From: Squalus acanthias
Taxonomy: Eukaryota
Direction: 5' to 3'
Length of the DNA stretch: 64,000 nt
Assembly (NCBI GenBank): GCA_030390025.1
Contig: CM059437.1
Coordinates: forward strand, 87,980,001 to 88,044,000
Part shown: positions 10,653 through 24,012 of the stretch, one piece after another
Numbering within the stretch: the stretch's first letter is position 1
How the letters are laid out: each line of letters begins with the position of its first letter
Translations under genes and position numbers: made by a program
The notes under the pieces: generated by a model
Told to the model about the DNA's origin: nothing
The model's input: only the letters and a program-made list of their open reading frames with translations
Databases searched by the model: none

Positions 10653-13600
10653 CAAGTCAAGCAACAGCCTGACATAGTCATACTCACAGAATCATACCTT
10701 TCAGCCAATGTCCCAGACTCCTCCATCACCATCGCTGGGTATGTCCTATCCCACTGGCAGGACAGACCCACCAGGGGTGGCGGCACAGTGGTATACAGTT
10801 GGGAGGGAGTGGCCCTGGGAGTCCTCAACATTGACCCTCCATGAAGTCTCATGGCTTCAGGTCAAGCGTGGGCAAGGAAACCTCCTGCTGATTACCACCT
10901 ACTGCCCTCCCTCAGCTGATGAATCAGTACTCCTCCATGTTGAACACCACTTGGAAAAAGCACTGAGGGTAGCAAGGGCACAGAATATACTCTGAGTGGG
11001 GGACTTCAATGTCCAACACCAAGAGTGGCTCGGTAACACCACTACTGACCGAGCTGGCTGAGTCCTGAAGGACATAGCTGCCAGACTAGGACTGCGTCCG
11101 GTAGTGAGAGAATCAACATGAGGGTAAAACATACTTGACCTTGTCCTCACCAGTCTACCTGTCGCAGATACTGTGGGCCATCAGCAGCAGCAGAATTGTA
11201 TTCCACCACAATCTGTAACCTCATGGCCCAGCATATCTCTTACTCTACCATTACCATCAAGCCAGGGGACCAACCCTGGTTCAATGAGGAGTGTAGAAGA
11301 GCATGCCAGGAGCAGCACCAGGCATACCTAAAAATGAGGTGCCAACCTGGGGAAGCTGCAACACAGGACTACATGCATGCTAAACAGCGGAAGCAGCATG
11401 CTATAGTCAGAGCTAAGCGATCCCACAATCAACGGATCAGATCAAAGCTCTGCAGTCCTGCCACATCCAGTTGTGGATGGTGGTGGACCATTAAACAACT
11501 AACGGGAGGAGGAGGCTCCATGAATATCTCCATCCTCAATGATGGCGGAGCCCAGCACGTGAGTGAAAAAGACAAGGCTGAAGAGTTTGCAACCATCTTC
11601 AGCCAGAAGTGCCGAGTGGATGATCCATATCGGCCTCCTCCTGAGGTCCCCAACATCACAGAAGCCAGTCTTCAGACAATTTGATTCACTCCACATGATA
11701 TCAAGGAATGGCTGAGCGCACTGGATACAGCAAAGGCTATGGGCCCTGACAACATCCTGGCTATCGTGCTGAAGACTTGTGCTCCAGAACTAGCCAAGCT
11801 ATTCCAGTACAGCTACAACACTGGCATCTACCCGACAATGTGGAAAACTGCCCAGGTATGTCCTGTCCACAAAAAGCAGGACAAATCCAATCCGACGAAT
11901 TACCACCCCATCGGTCTACTCTCAATCATCATCAAAGTGATGAAAGGTGTCGTCAACAGTGCTATCAAGTGGCACTTACTCAGCAATAACCTGCTCACCG
12001 ATGCTCAGTTTTGGTTCCGCCAGGACCACTTGGCTCCAGACCTCATTACAGTCTTGGTCCAAACATGGACAAAAGATCTTAATTCCAGAAGTCCTTCCTT
12101 CTTCTTAGGCAGTCCCTCGGAACCAAGGATGTCTTGCTTCCACACTAAAAATGAGTTCTCAGGGACCTACAGTCTCTGTCACAGTTGGGGCAGACGGTGG
12201 TTGAAGGGGCGGGTGGGTGGGGTGCTTGGGTTGACGTGTGCTCCTTCCGCTGTTTGCGCTTGGCTTCCGCTTGCTCCCGGCGAAGAGACTCGAGGTGTTC
12301 GGCGCCTTCCCGGATGCTTCTCCTCCACTTTGTGCGGTCTTGGGCCAGGGATTCCCAGGTGTCGGTGGAGATGTTGCACTTTTTCAAGGAGGCTTTGAGG
12401 GTGTCCTTGAAGTGTTTCCTCTGCCCACCTGGGGCTCTCTTGCCATGTCGGAGCTCCGAGTAGAGCGCTTGTTTTGGGAGTCTCGTATCGGGCAGACGGA
12501 CGATGTGGCCCGTCCATCGGAGCTGATCGAGCGTGGTCAAAGCTTCGATGCTGGGGATGTTGGCCTGAGCGAGAACACTGGCATTGGTGTGCCTATCCTG
12601 CAGCGTTGGTGGTACCTCTCCAGCGCTTTGAGGTGCCTGCTGTACATGGTCCATGTCTCTGAAGCATACAGAAGGGCGGGGTGCCACTACTGTTCTGTAG
12701 CCTCCCAAAACAAGCACTCTACTTGGAGCCCCGACACCTGAGGTTGGTGCTGGGATTGAGGCCCTGGTCTTCAAACACTCTCTTCCTCAGGTGAACGAAG
12801 GCTGCACTGGCACACTGAAGGCTGGTGTTGGACTTCGTCATCGATGTCTGCCCTTGTTGACAGTAGGCTCCCGAGGTATGGAAAGTGGTCCACGTTGTCC
12901 AAGGCATCGTCATGGATTTTGATAATCAGGGAGCAGTACTGTGTGGCGTGGGCAGGTTGGTAGAGGACCTTTGTCTTACGGATGTTTAGTATAAGGCCCA
13001 TGCTCTCATATGCTTCAGTGAAGGTGTTGACGATGGTTTGGAGTTCGACCTCAGAGTGTGCGCAGACGCAAGCGTCGTCTGCATACTATAATTCGATGAT
13101 AGAGGATGGGACGACCTTGGATCTGGACTGAGGCGACAGAGGTTGAACAATTTCCCGTTTGTTCTGTAGATTAGCTCTACTCCAGTGGGGAGCTTACTGA
13201 GGGTGAGATGGAGCATTGCAGCCAGGAAGATCGAGAAGAGCATTGGTGCGATGACACAGCCTTGCTTGACCCTGGTCCGTACGTGAATTGGGTCTGTGGT
13301 GGATCCATTGGTCAGGATCACGGCTTGCATGTCATCGTGAAGCAGGCGGAGGATGGTGACATACTTTTGAGGGCAGCTGAATTTGAGGAGGACACTCCAT
13401 AATCCCTCATGGTTGACAGTGTCGAAGGCCTTTGTGAGGTCAAAGAAGGCCATGTACAGCGGTTGGTGCTGTTCCCTGCATTTCTGTTGTAGTTGATGCG
13501 CGGTGAAGATCATGTCCATTGTGCCCCTTAGTGGGCGGAATCCGCATTGCGACACTGGGAGGCGCTCTTCAGCCATTGGGAGAAGGCGATTGAGGAGGAT

Positions 13601-15210
13601 TCTTGCGATGACTTTCCCTGTGGCAGACAGCAGGGAGACTCCTCTGTAATTATCGGACCTGTCACCTTTCTTGAAGATGGTCACGATTACGACGTCGCTG
13701 AGATCCCCTGGCATGCTCTCCTCCTTCCAAATAAGAGAAATGAGTACATGTATTCACGCCAATAGTGCTTCTCCGCCATGTTTTAGCGCCTCGACGGGGA
13801 TTCCATCTGCTCCTGAGGCCTTGTTGTTCTTCAGTTGTCAGATGGCCTTTTCAACCTCATGCTGGGCTGGGGTTGTGCTGAGGTGGTGGTGGGTAGCATG
13901 CTGCGGGATGGAGTTGAGGACACTCGCGTCGAAGACAGAGTCTCGGTTCAGGAGATCCTCGAAGTGCTCCTTCCAGCGGACACTGACTGCCTCTCTGTCC
14001 TTGATGAGTACCTCTCCGTTCTTGAAGTGAGGTAAGAGTGACTGTCCTTGACATCAAGGCATCCTTTGACTGAGTGTGTCATCAAGGAGCCCTAGAAAAA
14101 TTGAAGTCAATGGGAATCAGGGGGAAAACTCTCCACTGGCTGGAGTCATACCTAGCACAAAGGAAGATGGTTGTGGTTGTTGGAGGGCAATCATCTCAAC
14201 CCCTGGATATCGTTGCAGGAGTTCCGCAGGGCAGTGTCCTAGGCCCAACCATCTTCAGCTGCTTCATCAATGACCTTCCCTCCATTAGAAGGTCAGAAGT
14301 GGCGATGTTCGCTGATGATTGCAGTGTTCAGTTCCATTCACAACCCCTCAGATAATGAAGCAGTCCATGCCCACATGCAGCAAGACCTGGACGACATTCA
14401 GGCTTGGGCTGATAAGTGGCAGGTAACATTCGCGCCACACAAGAGCCAGTCAATGACTATCTCCAACAAGCGAGAATCTAACCACTGCCTCTTGACATTC
14501 AACGGCATTACCATCGTCGAATCCCCCACCATCAACATCCTGAGGGGTCACCATTGACCAGAAACTTAACTGGACCAGCCACATAAATACTGTGGCAACA
14601 AGAGCAGGTCAGAGGCTGGGTATTCTGTGGCGAGTGTCTCACCTCCTGACTCCCCAAAGCCTTTCCACCATCTACAAGGCACAAGTGAGGAGTGTGATGG
14701 AATACTCTCCACTTGTTGGATGAGTGCAGCTCCGACAACACTCAAGAAGCTCGACACCATCCAGGACAAAGCAGCCCGCTTGATTGGCACCCCATCCACC
14801 ACCTTAAACATTCATTCCCTCCACCACTGGTGCACCGTGGCTGCAGTGTGTGCCATCTACAAGATGCACTGCAGCAACTCGCCAAGGCTTCTTCGGCATC
14901 ACCTCCCAAACCCGCGACCTCTACCACCTAGAAAGTCAAGGGCAGCAGGCGCATGGGAATACCACCACCTCCAAGTTCCCCTCCAAGTCACACACCATCC
15001 TGACTTGGAAATATATCGCTGTTCCTTCATCGTCGCTGGGTCAATATCCTGGAACTCCCTCCCTAACAGCACTGTGGGAGCACCTTCACCACACGGACTG
15101 CAGCGGTTCAAGAAGGCGTCTCTCCACCACCTTCTCAAGGGCAATTAGGGATGGGCAATAAATGCTGACCTTGCCAGCGATGCCCAAATCCCATGAACGA
15201 ATTAAAAAAA
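10653..15210 (+). mobile_element. Decayed LINE with APE endonuclease and RT (RTE-X/RSg-1-like, clade uncertain), split by an RTE insertion
   Basis: EN motifs (PDIVILTES, GDFNV), RT motifs (GPDNI, GVPQGSVLGP, FADD), several stops and frameshifts, and the 3' tail gggcaattagggatgggcaataaatg...polyA. Confidence 0.85.
12093..14023 (-). mobile_element. RTE-clade (BovB/AviRTE-like) LINE, 5'-truncated
   Basis: ORF fragments NYRGVSLLS, QCGFRPLRGT, FFDLTKAFD, VKQGCVIAP and RLPKQALYSELRHGKRAPGGQRKHFKD; a gaag-repeat tail; and a flanking GAAGT duplication (12088-12092 and 14024-14028). Confidence 0.9.
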
Positions 15211-15324
15211 AATCTCCCCTTAATCTTCCCTGCTGTAAGGTGAAGAATCCCAGCTGCTCTACATAACTGAAGTCATCAATCTTTATCTTTGGGTCTAGAT
15301 CATGGGTGTCGCAAAGTATTCAAT

Positions 15325-15882
15325 TGTGGCTGGGCACCTAGAGTGCTGTGAGCAGTTCTGGGCACCACACCTTAGGAAGGATATATTGGCCTTGGAGGGA
15401 GTGCAGCGTAGGTTTACCAGAATGATACCCGGATTTCAAGGGTTAAATTACGAGGAGGGATTACACAAATTTGGGTTGTATTCCCCAGAATTTAGAAGGT
15501 TATGGGGTGATCTGATTGAAGTTTTCAAGATATTAACAGGAACTGATGGGTAGAAAGAGAGAAACTATTTCCGCTGGTTGGGGATTCTAGAACTAGGGGG
15601 CATAGTCTAAAAATTAGAGCCAGACCTTTCAGGGGTGAAATTAGGAAAAATGCCTACACACAAAGGGTGGTAGAAGTTTGGAACTCTCTTCCACAAACGG
15701 TAATTGATGCTAGATCAATTGTTAATTTTAAACCTGAGGTTGATAGCTTTTCGTTAACCAAAGGTATTAAGGGATATGGGCCAAAGGCGGGTATATGGAG
15801 TTAGGTCGCAGATCAGCCATGATCTCACTGAATGGCGGAACAGGCTCGAGGGGCTAAATGGTCTACTCGTTCCTATGTTCCT
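15325..15882 (+). mobile_element. CR1/HER1 LINE 3' fragment
   Basis: Encodes HLECCEQFWAPHLRKDILALEGVQRRFTRMIPG; tail gatcagccatgatc...ttcctatgttcct. Confidence 0.88.
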
Positions 15883-17009
15883 AAGGCATCACAGACTAGC
15901 CGTATTTTATTTTGCTTGATGTCGACACATGCCAGCAGGAGGCACTGGAGAGCAGCAATCAGGGAAAAGAAACCCCTGCTGATTTTGCCCTCCTTAGCCC
16001 AGGGCACGATGGCTAATTGTAGCACCTTTTACTGCTGCTTCAGTTGAGATTGGCTAACTCAGCACCAGGCTGGGAATTGAACCTGAGACCTCCCAGTCTT
16101 TTATGGCTCAGTTACACATTCCCTTGACCAACTGGACCTTCGGCGGGCCTGAGCAATTCACTTCTAAATTTGTTCCTCTATTCTCTAATCTAAAAGTATT
16201 GATCTCTGGGGGAAAATACCACCATAGGGAAGTTTGTGATTTGCTCCAGATTGTGGGCAACACGTAACTGAAAGGAGTGGAAGAGCAAGGGGACATTTGC
16301 TCTTAAATTAGGCCCAGGCTGAGGCCCTGGAGTAGGGAATTTGGCCTCTGAAGCACCATAGAAGTTTCGACTTCCATAAATTATGAACATACAACACTGA
16401 AGGGCAGGAAAAGACCAGCTGCTCCATCAAGCCTACCCTCTCTCCACGATGGCTGGAGCATCATGGCTTGACTCTCCCCAACCCCACCCCCCCCCCCACC
16501 CCGCACCCTCTCCTCCACTCCCACCAACCATATCATCTCTTGGGAGAGGCAAAAAGCAGAGGAAAAAAACCCAGCGCCAAAAAGGGAAAAAAATACTTTT
16601 GAGAATTCCTCTCCGACCCGCTGAGGTGATCGAAACCAGTTCAGGAGGTCATGTGGACCTAGTGGATGCTGGGACAATTGGCGCTTTCAAGACTGAGAGA
16701 GATAGATTAGAGAGGTAACCGATGAGGATTTCCTCGCCTCCCTTTTCTTTTTAGCGCAGTGAAGGGGGACGCCCCTTCTCATGACGTGCTCAGTTACTGA
16801 GTTACTCTTCAGCAGGCTACATGTTTGGGAAGATGGGGATATATATATTTAGAGCGCTGGGTAGTTATTGGGAGAGAGGAGCTTTCCACTCCACTTACAA
16901 TTTATTATTGGTATTGTAGTCAGTTGCCATTATAACAGCAGTCTTCGAGCAGCTACACGGACGGGAACATTTCAGGAATCCGATTTACATCCTCTGCTTA
17001 TCGTACGTG

Positions 17010-17745
17010 TCAGCGTGACTCAGTTGGTAGCACTTTTGCCTCTGAGTAAACAGATGGTCAGTTTGAGAACCATGAGCTCACGTTCTAGGCTGTCACTCCA
17101 GTGCAGGGCAGAGGGTGTGCTGCACTGTTGGAAGTACCTCCCTTCAGAGGAGACGTTAAACCAAAGTCCTGTTTAGCCAGGTGGACGGTAAAGATTGCAT
17201 GCAATTGTTTGGAAAAAAAGGAGCAGGGAGCAGGGAGCTATACCAATCACGAAAGGATGAACAGGCTGGGTCTCCTTTCTTTTGAAAAGCAAAGGCTGCG
17301 GGGTGACCTAATAGAGGTCTTAAAAATTATGAAAGGTTTTGATAGAGTAGACACAGAGAGAGCGTTTCTACTTGTGGGGAAGAGCATAACTAGAGGCCAT
17401 CAATATAAGAGAATCACCAAGAAATCCAATAGGGAATTCAGAAGAAACTTCTTTACCCAGAGAGTGGTGAGAATGTGGAACTCGCTACCACAGGGAGTGG
17501 TTGAAGTGAATAGTATAGATGCATTTAAGGGCCAGTTAGATAAGCACATGCGGGAGAAGGGAACAGAGGGTTACGCTGATCGTTAGATGAGGAAAGACGG
17601 GAGGAGGCTCGTGTAGAGCATAAACGCCGACATGGACTGGTTGGGCCGAATGGCCTGTTTCTGTGCTGTATATCCTATGTAAAAAAAAATAGATAATCTA
17701 GCTGTTTATCTCATTACTGTTTGAGGGACACTGGTGGCTGAAAGC
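17010..17745 (+). mobile_element. Old DeuSINE interrupted by a CR1 3' fragment (about 17235-17680)
   Basis: SINE head and core, then RLRGDLIEVLKIMKGFDRVD...FFTQRVV and a CR1 tail, then the SINE resumes. Confidence 0.75.
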
Positions 17746-17761
17746 CTGCCTCATTTAAAAA

Positions 17762-18082
17762 AAAGAAAGCCCTTGTATTTATAAAGCACTTTTCACAATC
17801 TCAGGACGTCCCAAAGCGCTTTACAGCCACTGAAGTACTTTTTGAAGTGTAGTCACTGTTGTAATGTAGGAAACGCGGCAGCCAATTTGCGCACAGCAAG
17901 GTCCCACAAACAGCAATGTGATAATAACCAGATAATCTGTTTTTAAGTGTTGTTTGAGAGATAGATATTGGCCAGGACATCAGGGAGAACTCCTCTGTTC
18001 TTCTTTGTATAGTGGCATGGGATCTTAGAGGGCAGACGGAGCCTCGGTTTAACATCTCATCTGAAAGATGGCACCTCTGACA
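17762..18082 (-). mobile_element. DeuSINE (SacSINE1-like) fragment
   Basis: Reverse complement of the core and tail. Confidence 0.8.
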
Positions 18083-18769
18083 AGTTGCCTATATAACAGC
18101 AGTCACTGCACTCCAAGAGACTAATTTATTGTGTGAAGCCCTTTGAGGCATTCAGTTACATGAATCCTCCACCTTAGGAAATAGTTTCTCTGTATCTACA
18201 CTATCAAATCCTTTTAACATTTTAAACACCTCAATCAGATGCTATATAAATGCTATATAAATGCCAGCACTCATACTATCTCACAGAAGCCATGATCTGC
18301 TTATGTTTTGGTAGTGACTAGACTTGTCACTTAGGTTAACTATATGACAAACATTTGTAGAAGTGGTTGTTTGATAAAGCGTGTGTCTCTCAGATCTGGC
18401 CCATTTATATTACTGGGTAGATTCCGCAGTACTGCAGCAGCAGATGAATAACAGTGCAGTTAACTTGTAGGTTGTAAATCAGTCCCGGCCATCAGACCTT
18501 TCCCCAGTGGCTGGTGAAGGCCTGTAAAGGTCGATGATTAGTAAACGACACTGTGTGGGTGAGCTGAGCCACCCAATTCACTGGCAGCTACAGAGGATGG
18601 CACCTATATGGGCATCAGAGAGCCACTGCCCCTAAAGGTGCTGGCAAAATTAACCTCTTTAAATGGGCCTCAGCACCTTGGAAGCAGTGCCGCCTCATTC
18701 ACTGAAGTGGGGCTGCTGGTGACATTGCTGTAAAACTTTAGACTTGGATCAGAGAATCTGGAACTCAAG

Positions 18770-18996
18770 TGGTGGGGGGTTGGCGAGTGTGAGGTATTGG
18801 GTAGTGCAGTGAGTTAACACACCGTCCCATCATCTGTGAGGGGGTGGGGGGTTGGCGAGTGTGAGGAATTGGATAGTCCAGTGAGTTAACACACCGTCCC
18901 ATCATCTGTGAGGGGGTGGGGGGTTGGCGAGTGTGAGGTATTGGGTAGTGCAGTGAGTTAACACACCGTCCCATCATCTGTGAGGGGGTGGGGGTT
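18770..18996. repeat. 72-bp minisatellite, about 3 copies
   Basis: gtggggggttggcgagtgtgagg...ccgtcccatcatctgtgagg occurs three times, nearly identical. Confidence 0.92.
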
Positions 18997-19083
18997 AAAT
19001 GTAGCCCAGATTAATGGGATTGAAGTCTTTTATTCCTCTGTCTCATTTGGAGAGTCCGACCCCAAAATGAGTTTGGGCAAATC

Positions 19084-19660
19084 TCATAGGAACAGGAGTA
19101 GACCAGTCAGCCCCTTGAGCCTGCTCCACCACTCAATAAGATCACGGCTGATCTGTATCTCAACTCCATTTACCCACCTTTGTTCCATATCCCTTGATAC
19201 CCTTACCCAACAAAAATCTGGCGATCTCCGTCTTGAAAGCTCCAATTCTCCCAGCATCCACAACCCTTTGTGGGAGAGAATTCCAGGTTTCCACTACCCT
19301 TTGTGTGAAAAAGTGCTTCCTGATTTTTCTCTTAAATGGCCTAGCTCTAATTTTAAGATTATGTCCCCTCATTCTTGAATCTCCCCCACCTTAGGAAATA
19401 GTTCCTCTGTATCTACGCTATCAAATCCTTTTAACATTTTAAACACCTCGATCAGATCACCCTTCAATCTTCTATACTTAAGGGAATACAAGCCAGGTTT
19501 ATGCAGCCTGTCCTCATAACTTAACCCTCAAAGACCTGGTATCTTTCTGGTCAATCTGCGCTGCACTCCCTCCAAGGCCACTATATCCTTCCTGAGGTGC
19601 GGTGTCCAAAGCTGAGCGCAGTTACTCCAGATGGGGGTCTGACCAAGGCTCTGTACAACA
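19084..19660 (-). mobile_element. CR1/HER1 LINE 3' fragment
   Basis: Encodes RGHNLKIRARPFKRKIRKHFFTQRVVETWNSLP and carries the CR1 tail. Confidence 0.88.
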
Positions 19661-20519
19661 GAAATCGCAACGGAGCCCCTTGTCAAAAATGGGTCTACAT
19701 CACAAACTGACCCCTAAAATCACGCAGTAATTGACACTAATTGGTGCTAAGTTTTCAGTCTTGGTCTGAAAGGCAAAAAGGACAAATCGAATATGTGTCA
19801 AAATTTCATCAGACCGAAGGGCAGAGGATTGTGTCTTGTTCAAGGACTGTGTCATTGGCATACAAGACATGCTTTATCCCCGAGAACATTTTAGCACATT
19901 GATCAACATAATTAAAGCACAATGGAAAGAGAGAGGGACACAGTACAGGGCCTTGGGGGACACAGAAGCACCATTAGGTGCTTTACTGGATGAGATACTA
20001 CTAACTGATTAAAATGTGAAGAAATCTGATTTGAAAGGGCGAGCAGAGATGCCAGTATTACTTAATTTGATTAAAAAGGGACTGTAAGGCCTAATGTCCT
20101 TCAGGTAAATTGTAAAGGATTGAGGCAGTAATGCTTCTGTCATCGCATGGGTCCTGCCAGGGCTGAAGGATTGGCACTTCCCAGCCTGTGGTGACAGAAA
20201 ATAACCAAACTCATTCTTACATCACTGCTAATATGCAGTGAAGAGTAGATCTATTCTACTGTTTGAGATCAGCATGCAAAGGGAATTTTGACCAGATCAG
20301 ATCCCAGGTTCAATCCCTGGTTGGTGTTGAGTTAGTTGATCTCAGTTGGGTGACAGGAGCATTGCTAAAATTGCTCTTGGCGTCCCTGGTCTAGAGAGGG
20401 GTAAAAGTCAGCCAAGGTCCCTAGCCCCTACTCAGGATTGCTATCCAGTCACCCATGTTGGATGTGTGTTTGATATTAGGTGATCAGCATTGGTTGTGAT
20501 GCACCTGTTGTTGAATAGC

Positions 20520-21810
20520 AACAGTTTCACTACTGATACAGCCCATACCAGCCTACAATAGGACCTGAATAACATCCAGGATTTGCCTGACAAGTGGCAG
20601 GTCACATTTGCACTCCATAAGTGGTAGGTAATGACCATCTTGAAAAAACAAAAGCACAACGGGGGAGTGGACTAATTGGATAGTTCTTTCAAAGAGCCGG
20701 CACAGACACAACGGGCCGAATGGCTTCCTTCTGTGCTGTAAGATTCATTGGACCATCTCCCCTGACCTTCAATGGCATCACCATCGCTGAATCCCCAACC
20801 ATCAACATCTTGAAGCTTAACTGAACCATCCATGTCAAGTGTAGCTGTAAGTGCAAGGCAGCAGCTGGATATTTTGTGATGAGTGGTTCACCTCTCCACC
20901 CCTCAAAGCTTTTTGACCCCTTAAGCCTCTCCATCATCCACAAGGTTCTGATCGGAGTGTGATCTCCATTCATTTAGATGAGTGCAGTCACAACCACACT
21001 CAAAAAAAGTCAACACCATTCAGGGCCACACGGTGGCATAGTGGTTAGCACTGGTGCCTCACAGCGCCAGAGACCCGGGTTCGAATCTGACCTCGGGTGA
21101 CTGTCTGTGTGGAGTTTGCACATTCTCCCCGTGTCTGCGTGGGTTTCCTCCGGGTGCTCCGGTTTCCTCCCACAGTCCAAAAATGTGTGGGTTAGGTTGA
21201 TTTGGCTATGATAAATTGACCCTTAGTGTTAGGGGGGATTAAATATGTGGGGTTATGGGGATAGGATGGGATATGTTAGGGGGAATTAAATACGTGGGGT
21301 TACGGGGGTAGGGTGGGATATGTGTACTGTGGGGATTAAAGCAGGGACAGGGTACTGGATTTGGATGATCAGCCATGATCGTATTGAATGGCAGAGCAGG
21401 CTCGACGGGCCGAATGGCCTACTCCTGCTCCTAGATTCTATGTTTCTATGTTAGGACAGAGGACCAATGTTGTGGGAACACCACGACCTCCAAATTCACC
21501 TCACACACAAAGTATTTACAGCACAGAAACAGGCCATTCGGCCCAACTGGTCTATGCCGGTGTTTATGCTCCACATGAGCCTCCTCTCACCCCATCAACA
21601 TATCCTTTCTCGCTCATGTGCCGCCCTGACTTTGACAAATATTGCCATTCCCTGATCATCGCTGGGTCAATATCCTGGAATTTCCTACCCAAGACCACTG
21701 TCGGAGCACCAAGAGCACAAGGATTGCAGCGGATCGAGGAGAAAGCCCAGCAGCACCTTCTCGGGGCAGTTAGGGGTGGCCCACATCCTGCGAACAAATA
21801 ATTAAAAACT
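20520..21810 (+). mobile_element. Highly decayed copy of the 10653-15210 LINE family with nested CR1 tails and an HE1 SINE
   Basis: Segments homologous to about 14350-15200 (gacaagtggcaggtcacattt, caatggcatcaccatcgctgaatcccc, gctgggtcaatatcctggaa). Confidence 0.7.
21023..21451 (+). mobile_element. HE1-type V-SINE
   Basis: tRNA head with A and B boxes (tggcatagtgg, gggttcgaatc), V-domain gtgtggagtttgcacattctccccgtgtctgcgtgggtttcctccgggtgctccggtttcctcccac, and a HER1/CR1-type tail. Confidence 0.9.
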
Positions 21811-22424
21811 TACCCACACTTGGCGTTTAAGCTCACATATGAAGAATGGCCAATTGGGTGAGGCATAGGAGGGTTGTTGGTGTCACATCAGTGGAAAAAA
21901 ATAGAGCGAGGGAGGGGTGGGGGGTGCAGAAATGAAACCACACTCGCGTAAATTGCCCCATAATTCAAAAATAGTACATTGGGAGATCATGTGCCCATAT
22001 TTTGCTTCCCAGTTTCTACCTCATTTTTCCCAGGAACTCAAAAGTGTAGAACTTCTTCTGTCCCCCAGTCTTCCCGCCCTCCGACAATTTACATGCTTTT
22101 AAATCCTAAGTTTGACGTTGCCTAACCTGAGCTAGTTCCCACAGTGTGTTATGACTAAGCTCATTGGATTGGTCAGCAATCTAACAGAGCAAAGTGGGAC
22201 GACAATGAGCTAAGGCTCTTCAGATTCACTAAGAGATATTTCACGTGGAACCATCTAAGTAATTGTTCTTGTTTTTGGTTCTCTGTAATTCAAGCATGAA
22301 TGAAGAAGGAATAACCTTAAGGTTTAAAACATTTTCTATAGCAACATTCAGGAGTTCAGCCTCTGCTAACAAACTCCAGCTTCAGTCCTCTGGTTGGTGC
22401 AGTCTGCCTTAAGCTGATTGTCTA

Positions 22425-22835
22425 ATAGAGTCGGCCATACGACCCCTCGAGCCTGCTTCGCCATTCAATAAGATCATGACTGATCTTCGACCTCAACTCC
22501 ACTTTCCCGCACAATCCCCATATCCCTTGATTCCCCTACAGTCCAAAAATCTATCTATCAGCCTTGAATATACTCAACAATTCAGTATCCACAGCCCTTT
22601 GGGGTAGAGAATTCCAAAGATTTACAACCCTCTGAGTGAAGAAATTCATCCTCATATCAGTCTTAAATGGCCGAGCCCTTATCCTGAGACTATGCCCCTA
22701 GTTCTAGACTCTCCAGCCAGGGGAAACAACCTTTCAGCATCTACCCTGTCAATCCCCCTCAGAATCTTATATGTTTCAATGAGATCACCTCTCATTCTTC
22801 TAAACTCCAGAGAGTATAGGCCCAATCTACTCAAT
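22425..22835 (-). mobile_element. CR1/HER1 LINE 3' fragment
   Basis: Encodes RLGLYSLEFRRMRGDLIETYKIL. Confidence 0.88.
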
Positions 22836-22859
22836 ATCAATATGTGAATGTTGATATTT

Positions 22860-23150
22860 GCTGCAATCATCCATTGCGTAAGGTGGGCAGGTTAGAGGAC
22901 CTCTTGGTGGATCTGTTCCTGGGCCTCGCTGAATCTGCTTTGCACATGTCTAGAATGCGTAAGGTCACTGGGCAGAATCTCGCCAGCTGCTTGCCCGTGT
23001 TCTGTTTTGTAGTACATGCCATGGTGACCATGGAGTATGTTCACATGGTGCCCACTAGTTCACTTGAAGTCGTCCTTGACTGGCGGGAACCACAGGACAT
23101 TGACAGTTTCTTTGATTCGAATGATCAAATTGTTATCTAAATTTATTGCC
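22860..23150 (+). mobile_element. L1/Tx1-like LINE ORF2 C-terminal remnant
   Basis: EDLLVDLFLGLAESALHMSR...CLPVF resembles the Tx1 C-terminal L..LLGLAK.AI..SR motif. Confidence 0.55.
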
Positions 23151-23599
23151 GTAAAGTTTTGATTTGATGGGTGGCACTTGTAGATGTTCTGGTGCCATTG
23201 GGTTGAGTGCCACATCTACACCCCGAGCATAACAGGGTATTTAATTTTTATGTAGAATTATATAGAATTTACAGCACAGGAACAGGCCATGCCAGTGTTT
23301 GTGCTCCACACGAGCCTCCTCCCACTCTACTTCATCTCACCCTTACTGAAGTAAAGGAATACCTAGAAATGTTCATACTACACCATTGTGTTATAGAGGT
23401 ATGTAGGATACTTAATGGGATGAAGTAAACCTGGAAAAATTTGTCCGAGGAGCAAGACAAGAGGGCACAGTTTCAGAGTGGTGAAGGATAACTTTAACCC
23501 AGATGTCAAAAAGTATTTGTTTATACAGTGGGTATCACCAGCTGGAACAGTTTGTCCAGAATGGTGGTAGAGGCGAGGACATTGAATTAATTTAGACAG

Positions 23600-24012
23600 A
23601 AATAAAAAAGAACTTGCATTTCTATAGTGCCTTTCAGGTCATCCCAAAGCATTTTACAGCCAATGAAAGACTTTTGAAGTGTAGTCACTTGTTTTTTTGG
23701 CAAACGTAGCAGCCAATTTGTGTACATCAAGGTCTGGAAATAGCAATGACCAGTTAATCTGCTTTGGCGGTGATAGTTGAGGGGTAAATGTTGGACAGGA
23801 CACTGGTAGAAATCCTGTGCTTCTTCTTCAAATAGTGCTGTGGGATCCTGAACAGTCTACCTATCTTGGAGTAAAGTGTTCTCCAAAAGGCAACAGCCCA
23901 ACAATACAGTACTCCCATCAGTCAGCCTAGATTTTGTGCTCAAGTCTCAGGAGTGGGACTTGAACCCACAACCTTCTGACTCAGAAGCCGAGAGTGCTAC
24001 CCACTGAGCCAC
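23600..24012 (-). mobile_element. DeuSINE (SacSINE1-like), diverged
   Basis: Reverse complement of the head (gagtgctacccactgagccac) and tail. Confidence 0.8.

Noticed and set aside
18770..18996. Regularly spaced repeats as a CRISPR-like array
   Set aside because: The units are contiguous, near-identical 72-mers without unique spacers, which is an ordinary eukaryotic minisatellite.
21023..21100. tRNA gene
   Set aside because: It is the tRNA-derived head of an HE1 SINE and runs straight into the V-domain. The same applies to the SINE heads at 3004, 58770 and 62025.
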